From: an uncultured Acidobacteriota bacterium
GTDB taxonomy: Bacteria; Acidobacteriota; Thermoanaerobaculia; UBA5066; Gp7-AA6
DNA length: 64,000 bases
Direction: 5' to 3'
Assembly: GCA_963805495.1 (NCBI GenBank)
Contig: CAWDUQ010000002.1
Span: 17,244-81,243 of the forward strand
A program made the position numbers and the translations under genes. Positions 1-7,596 of the stretch are shown piece by piece. Under the pieces are notes generated by a model. That model did not search any database. It was not told the origin of the DNA and worked only from the letters and a program-made list of their open reading frames with translations. Every line of letters starts with the position of its first letter. The first letter of the stretch is position 1.

Positions 1-1
1 G

Positions 2-94
2 GCGTTGCTGCTTGCGGTCGCCGTGTGCGCCTGCCTCATCCCGGCCATCCGCGGGACCCGCGTGCCGCCGGCCGCGTTGCTGCGGAACGAGTAG
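2..94 (+). CDS. 3' end of an FtsX-like (MacB/ADOP-type) ABC transporter permease; partial, starts upstream of the window
   Basis: Frame 2 reads ALLLAVAVCACLIPAIRGTRVPPAALLRNE followed by TAG at 92-94. The ending ..IPA.R..RV.P..ALR.E is the usual C-terminus of FtsX-domain permeases. Confidence 0.5.
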   Translation, partial: ALLLAVAVCACLIPAIRGTRVPPAALLRNE

Positions 95-186
95 GGACGC
101 ACAGTGACGGTAGCAGGTGTCCCCGCCGATTCTCCAGGGCTGAAAGCGCTAACGCCGGCGACGACCAGGAGCGGAGTCGCCCAGAG

Positions 187-570
187 TCACTTCTTCTTCC
201 GAGGGCCCGCGCGCCCCCCGGTTGCCTTCCTCTGCCTGGCCGGTGGGGCGAGGCCGAGCCGAACCAGCTTCTGGGCGAGGGCGTAGACGTCGTCGCGCGC
301 GCCCTCGCGGCGGATTCCGGCGGCAACGACATGCACGGTTTCGCCGACCGGGTCGATCGAATAGATGATGCGGTAGCGCTGGCCGATGCTGCGCAGGCTT
401 CGATAACCGAGCAGCTCTTCCCGAAGCGCCTTGCCTTGCTTGTCGGGGTCCACTTCCAGTCGCTTGGAAGTGTCGAACAGTTGCTGCTGAATCCGCCGGT
501 CCCCGAGCGCTTCGAGCATCCCGAGAGCCGTCTTCGTCCAGAAGACGTCGTGTCGCCGCGACGGACTCAA
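187..570 (-). CDS. RelE/ParE-family type II toxin
   Basis: 127-aa ORF with a RelE/ParE-like core (..GQRYRIIYSIDPVGETVHVVAAGIRREG..). It overlaps the upstream antitoxin ORF by 4 nt. The basic C-terminal tail (about 25 aa) is atypical. Confidence 0.8.
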   Translation of the reverse strand: MSPSRRHDVFWTKTALGMLEALGDRRIQQQLFDTSKRLEVDPDKQGKALREELLGYRSLRSIGQRYRIIYSIDPVGETVHVVAAGIRREGARDDVYALAQKLVRLGLAPPARQRKATGGRAGPRKKK

Positions 571-842
571 CGCGTCAGCCCGAGCCGGGCCGCGACCTCA
601 TCCAGCGAGTGAACGCTTCCGGACTCAATGTCTCGGAGGCTTTTCCGCAGGGCGTCGAGCGTTGCTGGATCGGACACTGCATCCAGGGTCTCGAGGAGAG
701 TGTCGTAGAGCTCGGCCGACATGAGCGTCATCGCGGGCTTGCCGCGATTTGTGATTCGAACGACGGTCTTCGGATTCTTACGAAGCTCGCGGCTCAAGCC
801 CGTAAGTGTCTCCCGGGCTTTCATCAGGGCGATCTCGGTCAT
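567..842 (-). CDS. Phd/YefM-family antitoxin
   Basis: 91 aa; MTEIALMKARETL..VVRITNRGKPAMTLMSAELYDTLLETLD is typical of Phd/YefM. It sits immediately upstream of the RelE-like ORF and overlaps it. Confidence 0.8.
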   Translation of the reverse strand: MTEIALMKARETLTGLSRELRKNPKTVVRITNRGKPAMTLMSAELYDTLLETLDAVSDPATLDALRKSLRDIESGSVHSLDEVAARLGLTR

Positions 843-948
843 CGGGCGCCTCTCCTAGTAGTACGCATAACCGTACGCAGGATAGTACGGATGATGCAGC
901 GGGTCAAACCCGCGTCGTCCTGGCAGAATATCTGATAATCTGACACTT

Positions 949-1242
949 ATGAGCGAGCCTACACGGGTCGGCAAGCGCGGAACCATCGTCCTCCCGGCGA
1001 AGATGCGAAAGAGGTACGGGTTCGAGGAAGGGACGATGGTCGTGGCGGAGGAGGGGGAGTACGGAGTGCTGCTTCGCCCGGCGGCGGTCATTCCCGTCGA
1101 GATCTACTCGCCGGAGCGGAGAGCGGAGTTTCTTTTGGCAAACGCCGTCGGCCCGGCCGACCGAAAGAGGGCCGAAGCCGAGGTACGGAAGCTCGGGCTG
1201 GATCCTCGCAAGGTCCGCGGGCGAAAAGCGCTGAAGCGCTGA
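949..1242 (+). CDS. AbrB/SpoVT (VapB/MazE-like) antitoxin
   Basis: 97 aa. The N-terminal VGKRGTIVLPAKMRKRYGFEEGTMVVAEE matches a SpoVT/AbrB swapped-hairpin domain. A PIN gene follows 17 nt downstream. Confidence 0.75.
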   Translation: MSEPTRVGKRGTIVLPAKMRKRYGFEEGTMVVAEEGEYGVLLRPAAVIPVEIYSPERRAEFLLANAVGPADRKRAEAEVRKLGLDPRKVRGRKALKR

Positions 1243-1259
1243 AGCACTGATCGGCGCCG

Positions 1260-1663
1260 ATGCTTCGCGTCTTCCTCGACGCCAACGTCCTTTTCTCGGC
1301 GGCGTACCGCGAAGGGGCCGGCCTCGTTGCGCTGTGGGAGCGGCCGGACGTCCAGCTGCTCACCTCCGGGTACGCCGCGGAGGAGGCGAGGCGCAACCTC
1401 GACACGACGGATCGGCGATCGCGGCTGGAGCATCTGCTGGAGGCCGTCGTCATCGAACCGGAGGCCCCGAATGAGCCTCTCCCGCCCGAGGCCGCCTGCC
1501 CCGCAACGATGAGCCCATTCTTCGCGCCGCGTTGGCGGCACGCGCTACGCATCTGCTGACGGGTGACCTCCGCCACTTCGGCCACCTCATGGGTCGCCGG
1601 GTCGCGGGCCTGAAGGTTCAGACGCCCGGGGAATTCCTGCGGTCGTCCAGGGGAGCGAGATGA
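1260..1663 (+). pseudogene. PIN-domain (VapC-like) toxin with an apparent frameshift
   Basis: The ORF 1260-1559 starts MLRVFLDANVLFSAAY.. (PIN acidic motif) and then becomes nonsense. The conserved C-terminal half RNDEPILRAALAARATHLLTGDLRHFGHLMG..GEFL continues in another frame from about 1502 to TGA at 1661-1663. The shift lies within about 1475-1502. Confidence 0.65.
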
Positions 1664-1869
1664 GAGCGCCCGCCAGCTCGTGACGGGGATGACGACGTCG
1701 CCAGGCGGGCTCCTGGACCCGAGGAACGCCCAGTCTCCTGGCGCGATGTCTTCGCGGCCTGGCGCTGCGGGTACTACGGCGCCTCGGCGGAAGTTTTATC
1801 GGCGAGGCGGCCCCGGGGTCGCCAGGACGAAACCAAAGCTGCGAGGTAGGATGCCTCGACGGAGGTCAC

Positions 1870-2649
1870 ATGAGACAAATGAACGTGGTGCGCGGGGTCT
1901 CGGCGGCGATTCTTGCGTTGGCGTGTGGCGGAATCGCGCTGGGCCAGCGCAACTGGCTCGATCTCCAGAACGGGCCACGGGTCCCGGCGCGTCCGGCGGT
2001 CAATTTCGGGACGACGCAGGAGAGCTTCGTGACCGTCGGCGCGTGGGACTTCGACCCGCTCACCTCGAGCCAGACCTATCACTACCCCGATGCCTTGAGC
2101 GCTGCGCGATACAGCACCTCGGGCGGAGACGGCTTCATAGCGGGGCCCCAGCTACCGGACGGGGCGGTGCTGATGAGCGTGACGTTCAATCTGTGCGATT
2201 CCAGCGTGGCCGATGAGCATTGGCTGGCCACGGCGGTCAGCTGCAACAGCCTCGACGGGGCCTGCGCTTTCCTTGCCGCCCCTCTGGCATCCGTGTCCAA
2301 TGTCGGCACGCCCTGCGCCGCGTACACGCAGGATCTCAGCGGGCTCAACTACGTCGTGAACAACCAGGATCAGCGGGTGGCCCTCGTCGCGGTTCCGGGC
2401 GCGAACGACACGACCAACATCCTCTCCGGCGGTCTCGTCGCCTACAAGCTCCAGGTTTCGCCGGCTCCGGTGGTGGCTACTTTCGGCGACGTCCCGACGT
2501 CGAATCCGTACTTCCAGTTCGTGGAGGCCCTCGTACGGTCGGGCATCACGGCCGGTTGCGGCGGCGGGAACTTCTGCCCGGACAACCCGCTGACGCGGGG
2601 TCAGATGGCGGTGTTTCTCGCGAAGGGGCTCGGCCTTCAGTTCCCGTAG
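1870..2649 (+). CDS. Secreted protein of unknown function with a C-terminal SLH-like module (paralog of 12096-12818)
   Basis: GGAGG lies upstream of the ATG and there is an N-terminal signal-like segment AAILALACGGIALG. The C-terminus reads LQVSPAPVVATFGDVPTSNPYFQFVEALVRSGITAGCGGGNFCPDNPLTRGQMAVFLAKGLGL, an SLH-type pattern. Confidence 0.7.
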   Translation: MRQMNVVRGVSAAILALACGGIALGQRNWLDLQNGPRVPARPAVNFGTTQESFVTVGAWDFDPLTSSQTYHYPDALSAARYSTSGGDGFIAGPQLPDGAVLMSVTFNLCDSSVADEHWLATAVSCNSLDGACAFLAAPLASVSNVGTPCAAYTQDLSGLNYVVNNQDQRVALVAVPGANDTTNILSGGLVAYKLQVSPAPVVATFGDVPTSNPYFQFVEALVRSGITAGCGGGNFCPDNPLTRGQMAVFLAKGLGLQFP

Positions 2650-2755
2650 CCATCGATTTCCGGGAGGGGCGCCCGGACCGACGTCCCGTCGCCGAGTACC
2701 GAGATGAGGAGGCGCGCCGACGCTGCCAGGGCGGCGTCTGCGACAGAATAGACCC

Positions 2756-4435
2756 ATGCCGTCGAATGTGCCGCCCGCCTTCGCCTCCCTCGCGCTCGAC
2801 CCGCGCCTCCTCGCCGCGCTGACCGCCCTCGGCTACGAGGAGCCGACGCCCATCCAGCAGGAGGCGATCCCGCCGCTTCTCGAAGGCCGCGACGTGCTGG
2901 CGCAGGCGGCCACGGGGACGGGGAAGACGGCGGCGTTCGCGCTGCCGATCCTGCAGGCGATCGCGGCGGAACCGACGAAGGGCTCCGGCCCCGTCGCGCT
3001 GATCCTGGTTCCGACGCGGGAGCTGGCGATGCAGCTGGCGGAGGCGGTGCATCGGTACGGGAAGACGATCGGGGTGCGAGTCCTCCCGGTATACGGCGGC
3101 GCCTCGATGGACTCGCAGCTTCGGGCGCTGCACCGGGGGGTGGACGTGGTGGTGGCGACTCCCGGGCGGGCGCTCGATCACGTGAACCGGAAGTCGCTGA
3201 AGCTCGAGGGGGTCCGCACGCTCGTGCTCGACGAGGCGGACGAGATGCTGGACATGGGGTTCGCGGAGGACCTGGAGGCGATCCTGGCGGCGACGCCGTC
3301 GGAGCGGCAGACGGCGCTCTTCTCGGCGACGCTGCCGCCGCGGATCGTGTCGATCGCGGGCAAGCACATGAGGAATCCGCTGCGGATCGCGATCGCGCGG
3401 GAGGCGACGGCGGCGGGGAAGATGCCGAAGGTGCGGCAGACGGCCTACGTCGTCGCGCGGGGGCACAAGCGGGCGGCGCTGGGAAGGGTGCTCGACATCG
3501 AGTCGCCGACGGCGGCGCTGGTGTTCTGCCGGACGCGGCTGGAGGTGGACGATCTGACGGAGGCGATGAAGAGCCGGGGGCTGCGGGTCGAGTCGCTTCA
3601 CGGGGGGATCTCGCAGGCGGAGCGGGACCGGGTGATGAAGAAGCTCCGCGCCGGGACACTCGAGCTCGTCGTGGCGACGGACGTGGCGGCGCGGGGGCTC
3701 GACATCGGGCACCTGTCGCACGTCGTGAACTACGACGTCCCGTCGTCGCCGGACGTCTACGTCCACCGGATCGGCCGGACGGGGCGGGCGGGGCGCGAGG
3801 GGGTCGCGATCACGCTCGCCGAGCCGCGCGAGCACTGGATGTTGAAGAACATCGAGCGGGCGACGAAGCAGAAGATCGAGATCGGGAGCGTCCCGACGGT
3901 CGCGGACCTGCGGGCGAAACGGCTGGAGCTGACGAAGGCGTCGCTGCGGGAGGCGCTGCTCGCGGGCAAGTTCGACGGCTACCGCGTGGTCGTCGAGTCG
4001 CTGGCGGAGGAGTTCGATCCGCTCGATATCGCGGCCGCGGCGGTGAAGATGTCCGATGGGGGAGCGGGGGCGGTGCCGGACGACGAGCACGAGATCCCGG
4101 CCGTTGCCGCGCCGCCGGCGCCGAGAGGGCCGAGCGGGCCGCGAGGCGACGTGAAGGGCAAGAAGTGGTCGCCGCGGAAGGCGGCCGAGGGGAACACGCG
4201 CATCTTCATCGGCGCGGGACGGGGCGAGGGCGTGAAGCCGGCGGACCTCGTGGGCGCGATCGTGAAGGTCGCGAAGCTGTCGCCGCGGGACGTGGGCTCG
4301 ATCCAGATCTCGGAACGGTTCTCGCTCGTCGAGGTGCCGGAGGAGACGGCGGAGAAGGTCATCGGCGCGCTGCGGGCGACGGGGATCCGCGGGAACAAGG
4401 TGACGGTGCGGCGGGACAAGGAGCTGGGGCGCTGA
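2756..4435 (+). CDS. deaD: DEAD-box ATP-dependent RNA helicase (DeaD/CsdA-like) with a C-terminal DbpA-type RNA-binding domain
   Basis: Q motif PTPIQ, Walker A AQAATGTGKT, DEAD, SAT and HRIGRTGRAG are all present. The C-terminal ..RIFIGAGRGEGVKPADLVGAI.. resembles a DbpA/DeaD RBD. Confidence 0.95.
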   Translation: MPSNVPPAFASLALDPRLLAALTALGYEEPTPIQQEAIPPLLEGRDVLAQAATGTGKTAAFALPILQAIAAEPTKGSGPVALILVPTRELAMQLAEAVHRYGKTIGVRVLPVYGGASMDSQLRALHRGVDVVVATPGRALDHVNRKSLKLEGVRTLVLDEADEMLDMGFAEDLEAILAATPSERQTALFSATLPPRIVSIAGKHMRNPLRIAIAREATAAGKMPKVRQTAYVVARGHKRAALGRVLDIESPTAALVFCRTRLEVDDLTEAMKSRGLRVESLHGGISQAERDRVMKKLRAGTLELVVATDVAARGLDIGHLSHVVNYDVPSSPDVYVHRIGRTGRAGREGVAITLAEPREHWMLKNIERATKQKIEIGSVPTVADLRAKRLELTKASLREALLAGKFDGYRVVVESLAEEFDPLDIAAAAVKMSDGGAGAVPDDEHEIPAVAAPPAPRGPSGPRGDVKGKKWSPRKAAEGNTRIFIGAGRGEGVKPADLVGAIVKVAKLSPRDVGSIQISERFSLVEVPEETAEKVIGALRATGIRGNKVTVRRDKELGR

Positions 4436-4438
4436 GGC

Positions 4439-4463
4439 GGGCGGCCGCAAGGGCCGCCCCTAC
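4439..4463 (-). repeat. Family-2 REP unit (GTAG + 8-bp stem + 5-nt loop)
   Basis: The reverse complement reads GTAG GGGCGGCC CTTGC GGCCGCCC. It starts 4 nt after the deaD stop. Confidence 0.75.
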
Positions 4464-4483
4464 GACCCGGGGCCCCGGAGGCC

Positions 4484-4516
4484 GGAATCAGCGAAATCAG
4501 CAAACCAGGACTGACT
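4484..4516 (-). repeat. Degenerate family-1 element (GTCAG terminus plus tandem 8-9-nt words)
   Basis: GGAATCAGCGAAATCAGCAAACCAGGACTGAC. The reverse complement GTCAGTCCTGG.. resembles GGGGTCAGTCCTGACTTTCTGAC at 35669-35699, and the AATCAGC word is tandemly repeated. Confidence 0.4.
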
Positions 4517-4522
4517 GGTGAT

Positions 4523-4538
4523 ACAATGTATATATTGT
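4523..4538. promoter_or_regulatory. AT-rich palindrome ACAAT-N6-ATTGT with -10-like hexamers; candidate operator/promoter of the NTase-HTH pair
   Basis: ACAATGTATATATTGT stands out against the GC-rich background. It contains TACAAT/TATATT and overlaps the GTG start at 4537, so the transcript may be leaderless. Confidence 0.4.
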
Positions 4539-5133
4539 GGACCGTGACTTTACCAGGGCGGCCGGACTTCCCGAGGGACCGAAGAGAACGGCGGCGGTCG
4601 CCGCCTGGGTTCAGAGCCTCTACGCGTCGAGGCCGCCGGTGCTGGGCGGTGGTGCGGCCGTCGAGCTGTACACGGCGGGGGCCTACACCACCGGCGATCT
4701 CGACTTCATCGGCGGCGTGACGGATGAGGTCGCGGCCGCTCTGAAAGGGGCCGGATTCCGCCGCGAGGGGCGGCACTGGATTCAGCCGGATGCGCAGCTG
4801 TTCATCGAGTTTCCCGGAAGCGCGGTACAGGATCACGAGAGAACGGCGGTGCTCGAACTCGAGGGGTTCGCGGTCCTCGTGTTGAGCCCCGAGGACATGA
4901 TCGTCGATCGCCTGGCCGCCTGGCAGTTCTGGAGCTCGACGACCGATGGAGCAAGCGCCTTTCTGATCTGGAAGGCTCAGGAGAAGGCCATTGACGCGAA
5001 GAGACTTGCCGCGCTGGCCCGGAAGCGGGGTGTCGTGAAGGGGCTCGGTCGGCTGCGCGAGTTCCTCGAAGAACTCGGGGGGCGAGCGCCCTCCCCGGAG
5101 GATCTGGAGAAATGGGCAAGCCGAGTACCCTGA
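4537..5133 (+). CDS. Putative Pol-beta-fold nucleotidyltransferase-domain protein (possible TA/defence-type NTase)
   Basis: 198 aa with a GTG start. VLGGGAAVELYTAGAYTTGDLDFIG fits the hG[GS]-x(9-13)-Dh[DE] NTase signature. It overlaps the downstream HTH gene by 22 nt. Confidence 0.5.
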   Translation: MDRDFTRAAGLPEGPKRTAAVAAWVQSLYASRPPVLGGGAAVELYTAGAYTTGDLDFIGGVTDEVAAALKGAGFRREGRHWIQPDAQLFIEFPGSAVQDHERTAVLELEGFAVLVLSPEDMIVDRLAAWQFWSSTTDGASAFLIWKAQEKAIDAKRLAALARKRGVVKGLGRLREFLEELGGRAPSPEDLEKWASRVP

Positions 5134-5450
5134 AACGCTACGCTTCGCCCCGGCAGGCGATTCTGCCTCTTCCGGGAGGTCTGGTTCGCCGCCGCCCGCG
5201 CCGGTTCGCCGAGTGGAAGGCGCTTCGCGGCTGGGGAAGGCTCCCGGCCTGGGAGACGGACCCGGTCGGCTACCGCCTTCGCCTGGCTCGAGAGGAGGCG
5301 GATCTGACGCAGAGCGAGCTCGCGCGGCGGCTCGGTTGCTCACAGCAGGCGATCGCGCAAGCGGAGCGCTGGGAGAGCAATCCCACGGTGGAGTTCATCC
5401 GGCGGTGGGCCGAGGCGTGCGGAGTGAAAGCGACGATCGAGCTGGGGTGA
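5112..5450 (+). CDS. XRE-family helix-turn-helix transcriptional regulator
   Basis: LRLAREEADLTQSELARRLGCSQQAIAQAERWESNPTVEFIRRWAEACG is a canonical Cro/C1-type HTH. Confidence 0.7.
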   Translation: MGKPSTLKRYASPRQAILPLPGGLVRRRPRRFAEWKALRGWGRLPAWETDPVGYRLRLAREEADLTQSELARRLGCSQQAIAQAERWESNPTVEFIRRWAEACGVKATIELG

Positions 5451-5457
5451 AGCAGGT

Positions 5458-5518
5458 GGGGTCCCTCCTGAAGATCTGATCTCGAGCGATGTCGAAAATA
5501 CCAAATCAGGACAGACCC
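5458..5518. repeat. Degenerate family-1 element pair
   Basis: Left unit: GGGGTCCCTCCTGAAGATCTGATCTCGAG. Right unit, reverse complement: GGGTCTGTCCTGATTTGGTATTTTCG. It is intergenic between the HTH gene and the ydjM-like gene. Confidence 0.4.
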
Positions 5519-5558
5519 GTCATCGGTAAAGTCGGCTCGATCCGGATCGCCGAACGGT

Positions 5559-7130
5559 GTGCTGAAATGCGGCTCCCAGGAGGCCGACCCGCTGGATAAC
5601 CTCTGCCACACGCTCGCGGGCGCGGCCATCGCGCAGGCCGGGCCGTTTCGGAAGACGCCGCTCGCCGTGGCGACGGTCATGATCGGCGCGAATCTGCCGG
5701 ACGTCGATGCGTTCGCCTACGTCTTCGGCGACGGCGTCGATGCGCTGGCGTTCCGGCGCGGCTGGACGCACGGGATCCTCGCGATGGCGGTGCTGCCGGT
5801 GGTCCTGGCCGGGGCGATGCTCGCGTTCGACCGCCTCGTGCGCCGCCGGCTCCGGCCCGAACGGCCGGCCGCGCGCTGGGGACCGCTGCTCGCCCTGTCC
5901 GCGCTCGGAGTGCTGTCGCACCCGCTGCTCGACTTTCTCAACACGTACGGCGTGCGGTTCCTGGCGCCGTTCTCGTGGAAGTGGTTCTACGGGGACGCGC
6001 TCTTCATCGTGGACCCGTGGGTCTGGATCGCGCTTTCCGTCGGAGTGTTCCTCTCGCTCCGCCGGGCGCGCCGGGCTTCTCCCAATCCGGAGCGGCCGGC
6101 GCGGGTCGCGCTGCTTCTGACGGCCGCGTATGTCGTGACGATGATGCTGTCCGGCGTCGTCGGACGGGTGGCCGCGGCCCGCTCCGTCGCGGGCTCGGAG
6201 CGCCGCATGGTGGGGCCGGTGCCCCTCAATCCCTTCCGGCGCCAGCTCGTCCTCGACTTCGGCGACGCGTACCGCTACGGCTCCGTCGAGTTCCTGCCCC
6301 GGCCGGCGATCGAGGTCTCGGGCGAGGTCGATCCGAAGGGCGCGAACGATCCGCTCGCGCGCGCGGCGGCGGCGACGGAGCGGGGGAGGAAGTTTCTGTC
6401 GTGGTCGCGCTTTCCGATCTTCCGCGTGGAGCGCGAGGCGGACGGCGGCGCCAGCGTCGAGCTGGCCGATGCCCGCTACCCGCCGTTCCACGGGAGCTGG
6501 GCCTCGACCGTCATCCGGCTGCCCGCGCCGCGGGTCGGTGAGGGAGCGGGCGGCACGCCAGGAATCGGCGGGGCGAAGATAACCCGGGCGCCCGCCTCAG
6601 CCGAGACCGAGAAACAGCAGGAGGCCCTCGTCGATCGCGGCGATTTCGCCGGGCGCGAGCCGGCCGAAGATCCGCGTGACCCGGCGCTTGTCGATCGAGC
6701 GGACCTGGTCAACGAGCGCGTAGGAGGTTTGTCGCAGGCCGCTCGAGCCCGCCGCCAGAGGCGGATAGAGCACTCCTTCGCCGGCGGTGGAGCTGATCGG
6801 TACGACCGCGAGGAGGGGAAAGCGTTGGTCTTCGGTGATGGCGGGGTCGCTGACGATCACACAGGGGCGGGTCCCGCGTTGCTCGCGACCTCGCGTCGGA
6901 TCGAGCTCGGCGAGGACGACGGTCCCTCGTGGGAGCTTCACTTCCGGGAGTCCGTCCAGCCGCGGCCTTCGACCCAGCGGATCGACTTGCCGGCGGTGCG
7001 ATCGAGCAGCTCCGAGTCGGCTTCGTTCGCGCGCACGCCCCATTCGGTCAGGCCGGCGTCGGCGAGCTGCCCGGATTCGGAATGGGGACGCTCGAGCGAG
7101 CGGCGGAGCTCGTCGCGCCGCCGGCGCTGA
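5559..7130 (+). CDS. YdjM-like (DUF457) membrane-bound metal-dependent hydrolase; the 3' end is doubtful
   Basis: The N-terminal 320 aa or so look genuine: DNLCHTLAGAAIAQAG.., GANLPDVD, RGWTHG, SHPLLDFLNTYGV and several TM segments. There is no in-frame stop until 7130. The last 190 codons or so are low-complexity and antisense to the mazEF module. Confidence 0.6.
   Translation: MLKCGSQEADPLDNLCHTLAGAAIAQAGPFRKTPLAVATVMIGANLPDVDAFAYVFGDGVDALAFRRGWTHGILAMAVLPVVLAGAMLAFDRLVRRRLRPERPAARWGPLLALSALGVLSHPLLDFLNTYGVRFLAPFSWKWFYGDALFIVDPWVWIALSVGVFLSLRRARRASPNPERPARVALLLTAAYVVTMMLSGVVGRVAAARSVAGSERRMVGPVPLNPFRRQLVLDFGDAYRYGSVEFLPRPAIEVSGEVDPKGANDPLARAAAATERGRKFLSWSRFPIFRVEREADGGASVELADARYPPFHGSWASTVIRLPAPRVGEGAGGTPGIGGAKITRAPASAETEKQQEALVDRGDFAGREPAEDPRDPALVDRADLVNERVGGLSQAARARRQRRIEHSFAGGGADRYDREEGKALVFGDGGVADDHTGAGPALLATSRRIELGEDDGPSWELHFRESVQPRPSTQRIDLPAVRSSSSESASFARTPHSVRPASASCPDSEWGRSSERRSSSRRRR
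6597..6941 (-). CDS. mazF: MazF/PemK-family toxin (endoribonuclease)
   Basis: VKLPRGTVVLAELDPTRGREQRGTRPCVIVSD...LLAVVPISS...SYALVDQVRSIDKRR matches the PemK/MazF pattern. The GTG start at 6941 overlaps the antitoxin stop (GTGA). Confidence 0.8.
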   Translation of the reverse strand: MKLPRGTVVLAELDPTRGREQRGTRPCVIVSDPAITEDQRFPLLAVVPISSTAGEGVLYPPLAAGSSGLRQTSYALVDQVRSIDKRRVTRIFGRLAPGEIAAIDEGLLLFLGLG

Positions 7131-7252
7131 ACTTCCCGGCGCACGGCATCGAGCACGAAGCGGCTGCGGTTTCGCTCCCGCCGGTCGATCTCGGCGACGA
7201 GTTCGGGCGGCAGGGTGACGGTAATCCGGGCGGCCGGCATGAGTATGATCAT
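6938..7252 (-). CDS. Ribbon-helix-helix (CopG/MetJ-type) antitoxin
   Basis: ..MPAARITVTLPPELVAEIDRRERNRSRFVLDAVRREV.. is an RHH motif. The start is either ATG 7252 (GGTGAG upstream) or ATG 7240 (MPAARITV). Confidence 0.7.
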   Translation of the reverse strand: MIILMPAARITVTLPPELVAEIDRRERNRSRFVLDAVRREVQRRRRDELRRSLERPHSESGQLADAGLTEWGVRANEADSELLDRTAGKSIRWVEGRGWTDSRK

Positions 7253-7255
7253 ACT
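7242..7255. promoter_or_regulatory. Perfect 14-nt palindrome AGTATGATCATACT at the 5' end of the minus-strand RHH gene; candidate operator
   Basis: The sequence is self-complementary and AT-rich, and it overlaps the alternative start codons of the antitoxin. Confidence 0.35.
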
Positions 7256-7325
7256 ATTGATCTCACCGATCCTTGCTGGTTCCGCGCGGGGTGAAAGCCC
7301 GCGGTGACAGGGCGGCTCGTTCGGA

Positions 7326-7361
7326 TTGACTGTCGATTGCACTGTGGAGTAGATTCGACAG
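7326..7361 (+). promoter_or_regulatory. Candidate sigma70-type promoter plus inverted-repeat operator for the plus-strand RHH-MazF module
   Basis: TTGACT lies at 7326-7331 and TAGATT at 7350-7355. The inverted repeat is CTGTCGA (7330-7336) / TCGACAG (7355-7361). The GTG start at 7363 is only about 7 nt after the -10, which suggests a leaderless mRNA. Confidence 0.4.
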
Positions 7362-7362
7362 C

Positions 7363-7596
7363 GTGGAAACGATCCAGGTCGTCCTCGAAGAGGACCTCCT
7401 CAAGGCCGCCGACCGAGCCGTGCGCAAGCTCAAGATCAACCGGTCGGCTCTCTTTCGCGACGCGTTGCGGGCGCACCTGAAGCGGATCGACGCATCCGAG
7501 CGCGAGAAGCGGGACCGGGAGGGCTACGAGCGCTACCCGGACCTCCTCGACCGGCCGGCCGTCTGGGATCAGGTCGCGGATTGGCCGGACGAGTAG
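7363..7596 (+). CDS. CopG/RHH-family antitoxin
   Basis: 77 aa with a GTG start. IQVVLEEDLLKAADRAVRKLKINRSALFRDALRAHL is an RHH fold pattern. It overlaps the downstream toxin by 16 nt. Confidence 0.75.
   Translation: METIQVVLEEDLLKAADRAVRKLKINRSALFRDALRAHLKRIDASEREKRDREGYERYPDLLDRPAVWDQVADWPDE

Noticed and set aside
91-130. GTAGGGACGC...GTGTCCCCGCC after the permease stop, as an eleventh family-2 REP.
   Set aside because: Only a 5-bp stem (GGGAC/GTCCC) with a 20-nt loop can form. It does not fit the 8+5+8 architecture, so at best it is a decayed copy.
2546-4450. A 634-aa ORF on the minus strand, opposite deaD.
   Set aside because: Its translation is Arg/Pro/Leu-rich low-complexity sequence with no motifs. 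It fully overlaps a helicase gene with all canonical motifs. It is a typical shadow ORF of high-GC DNA.
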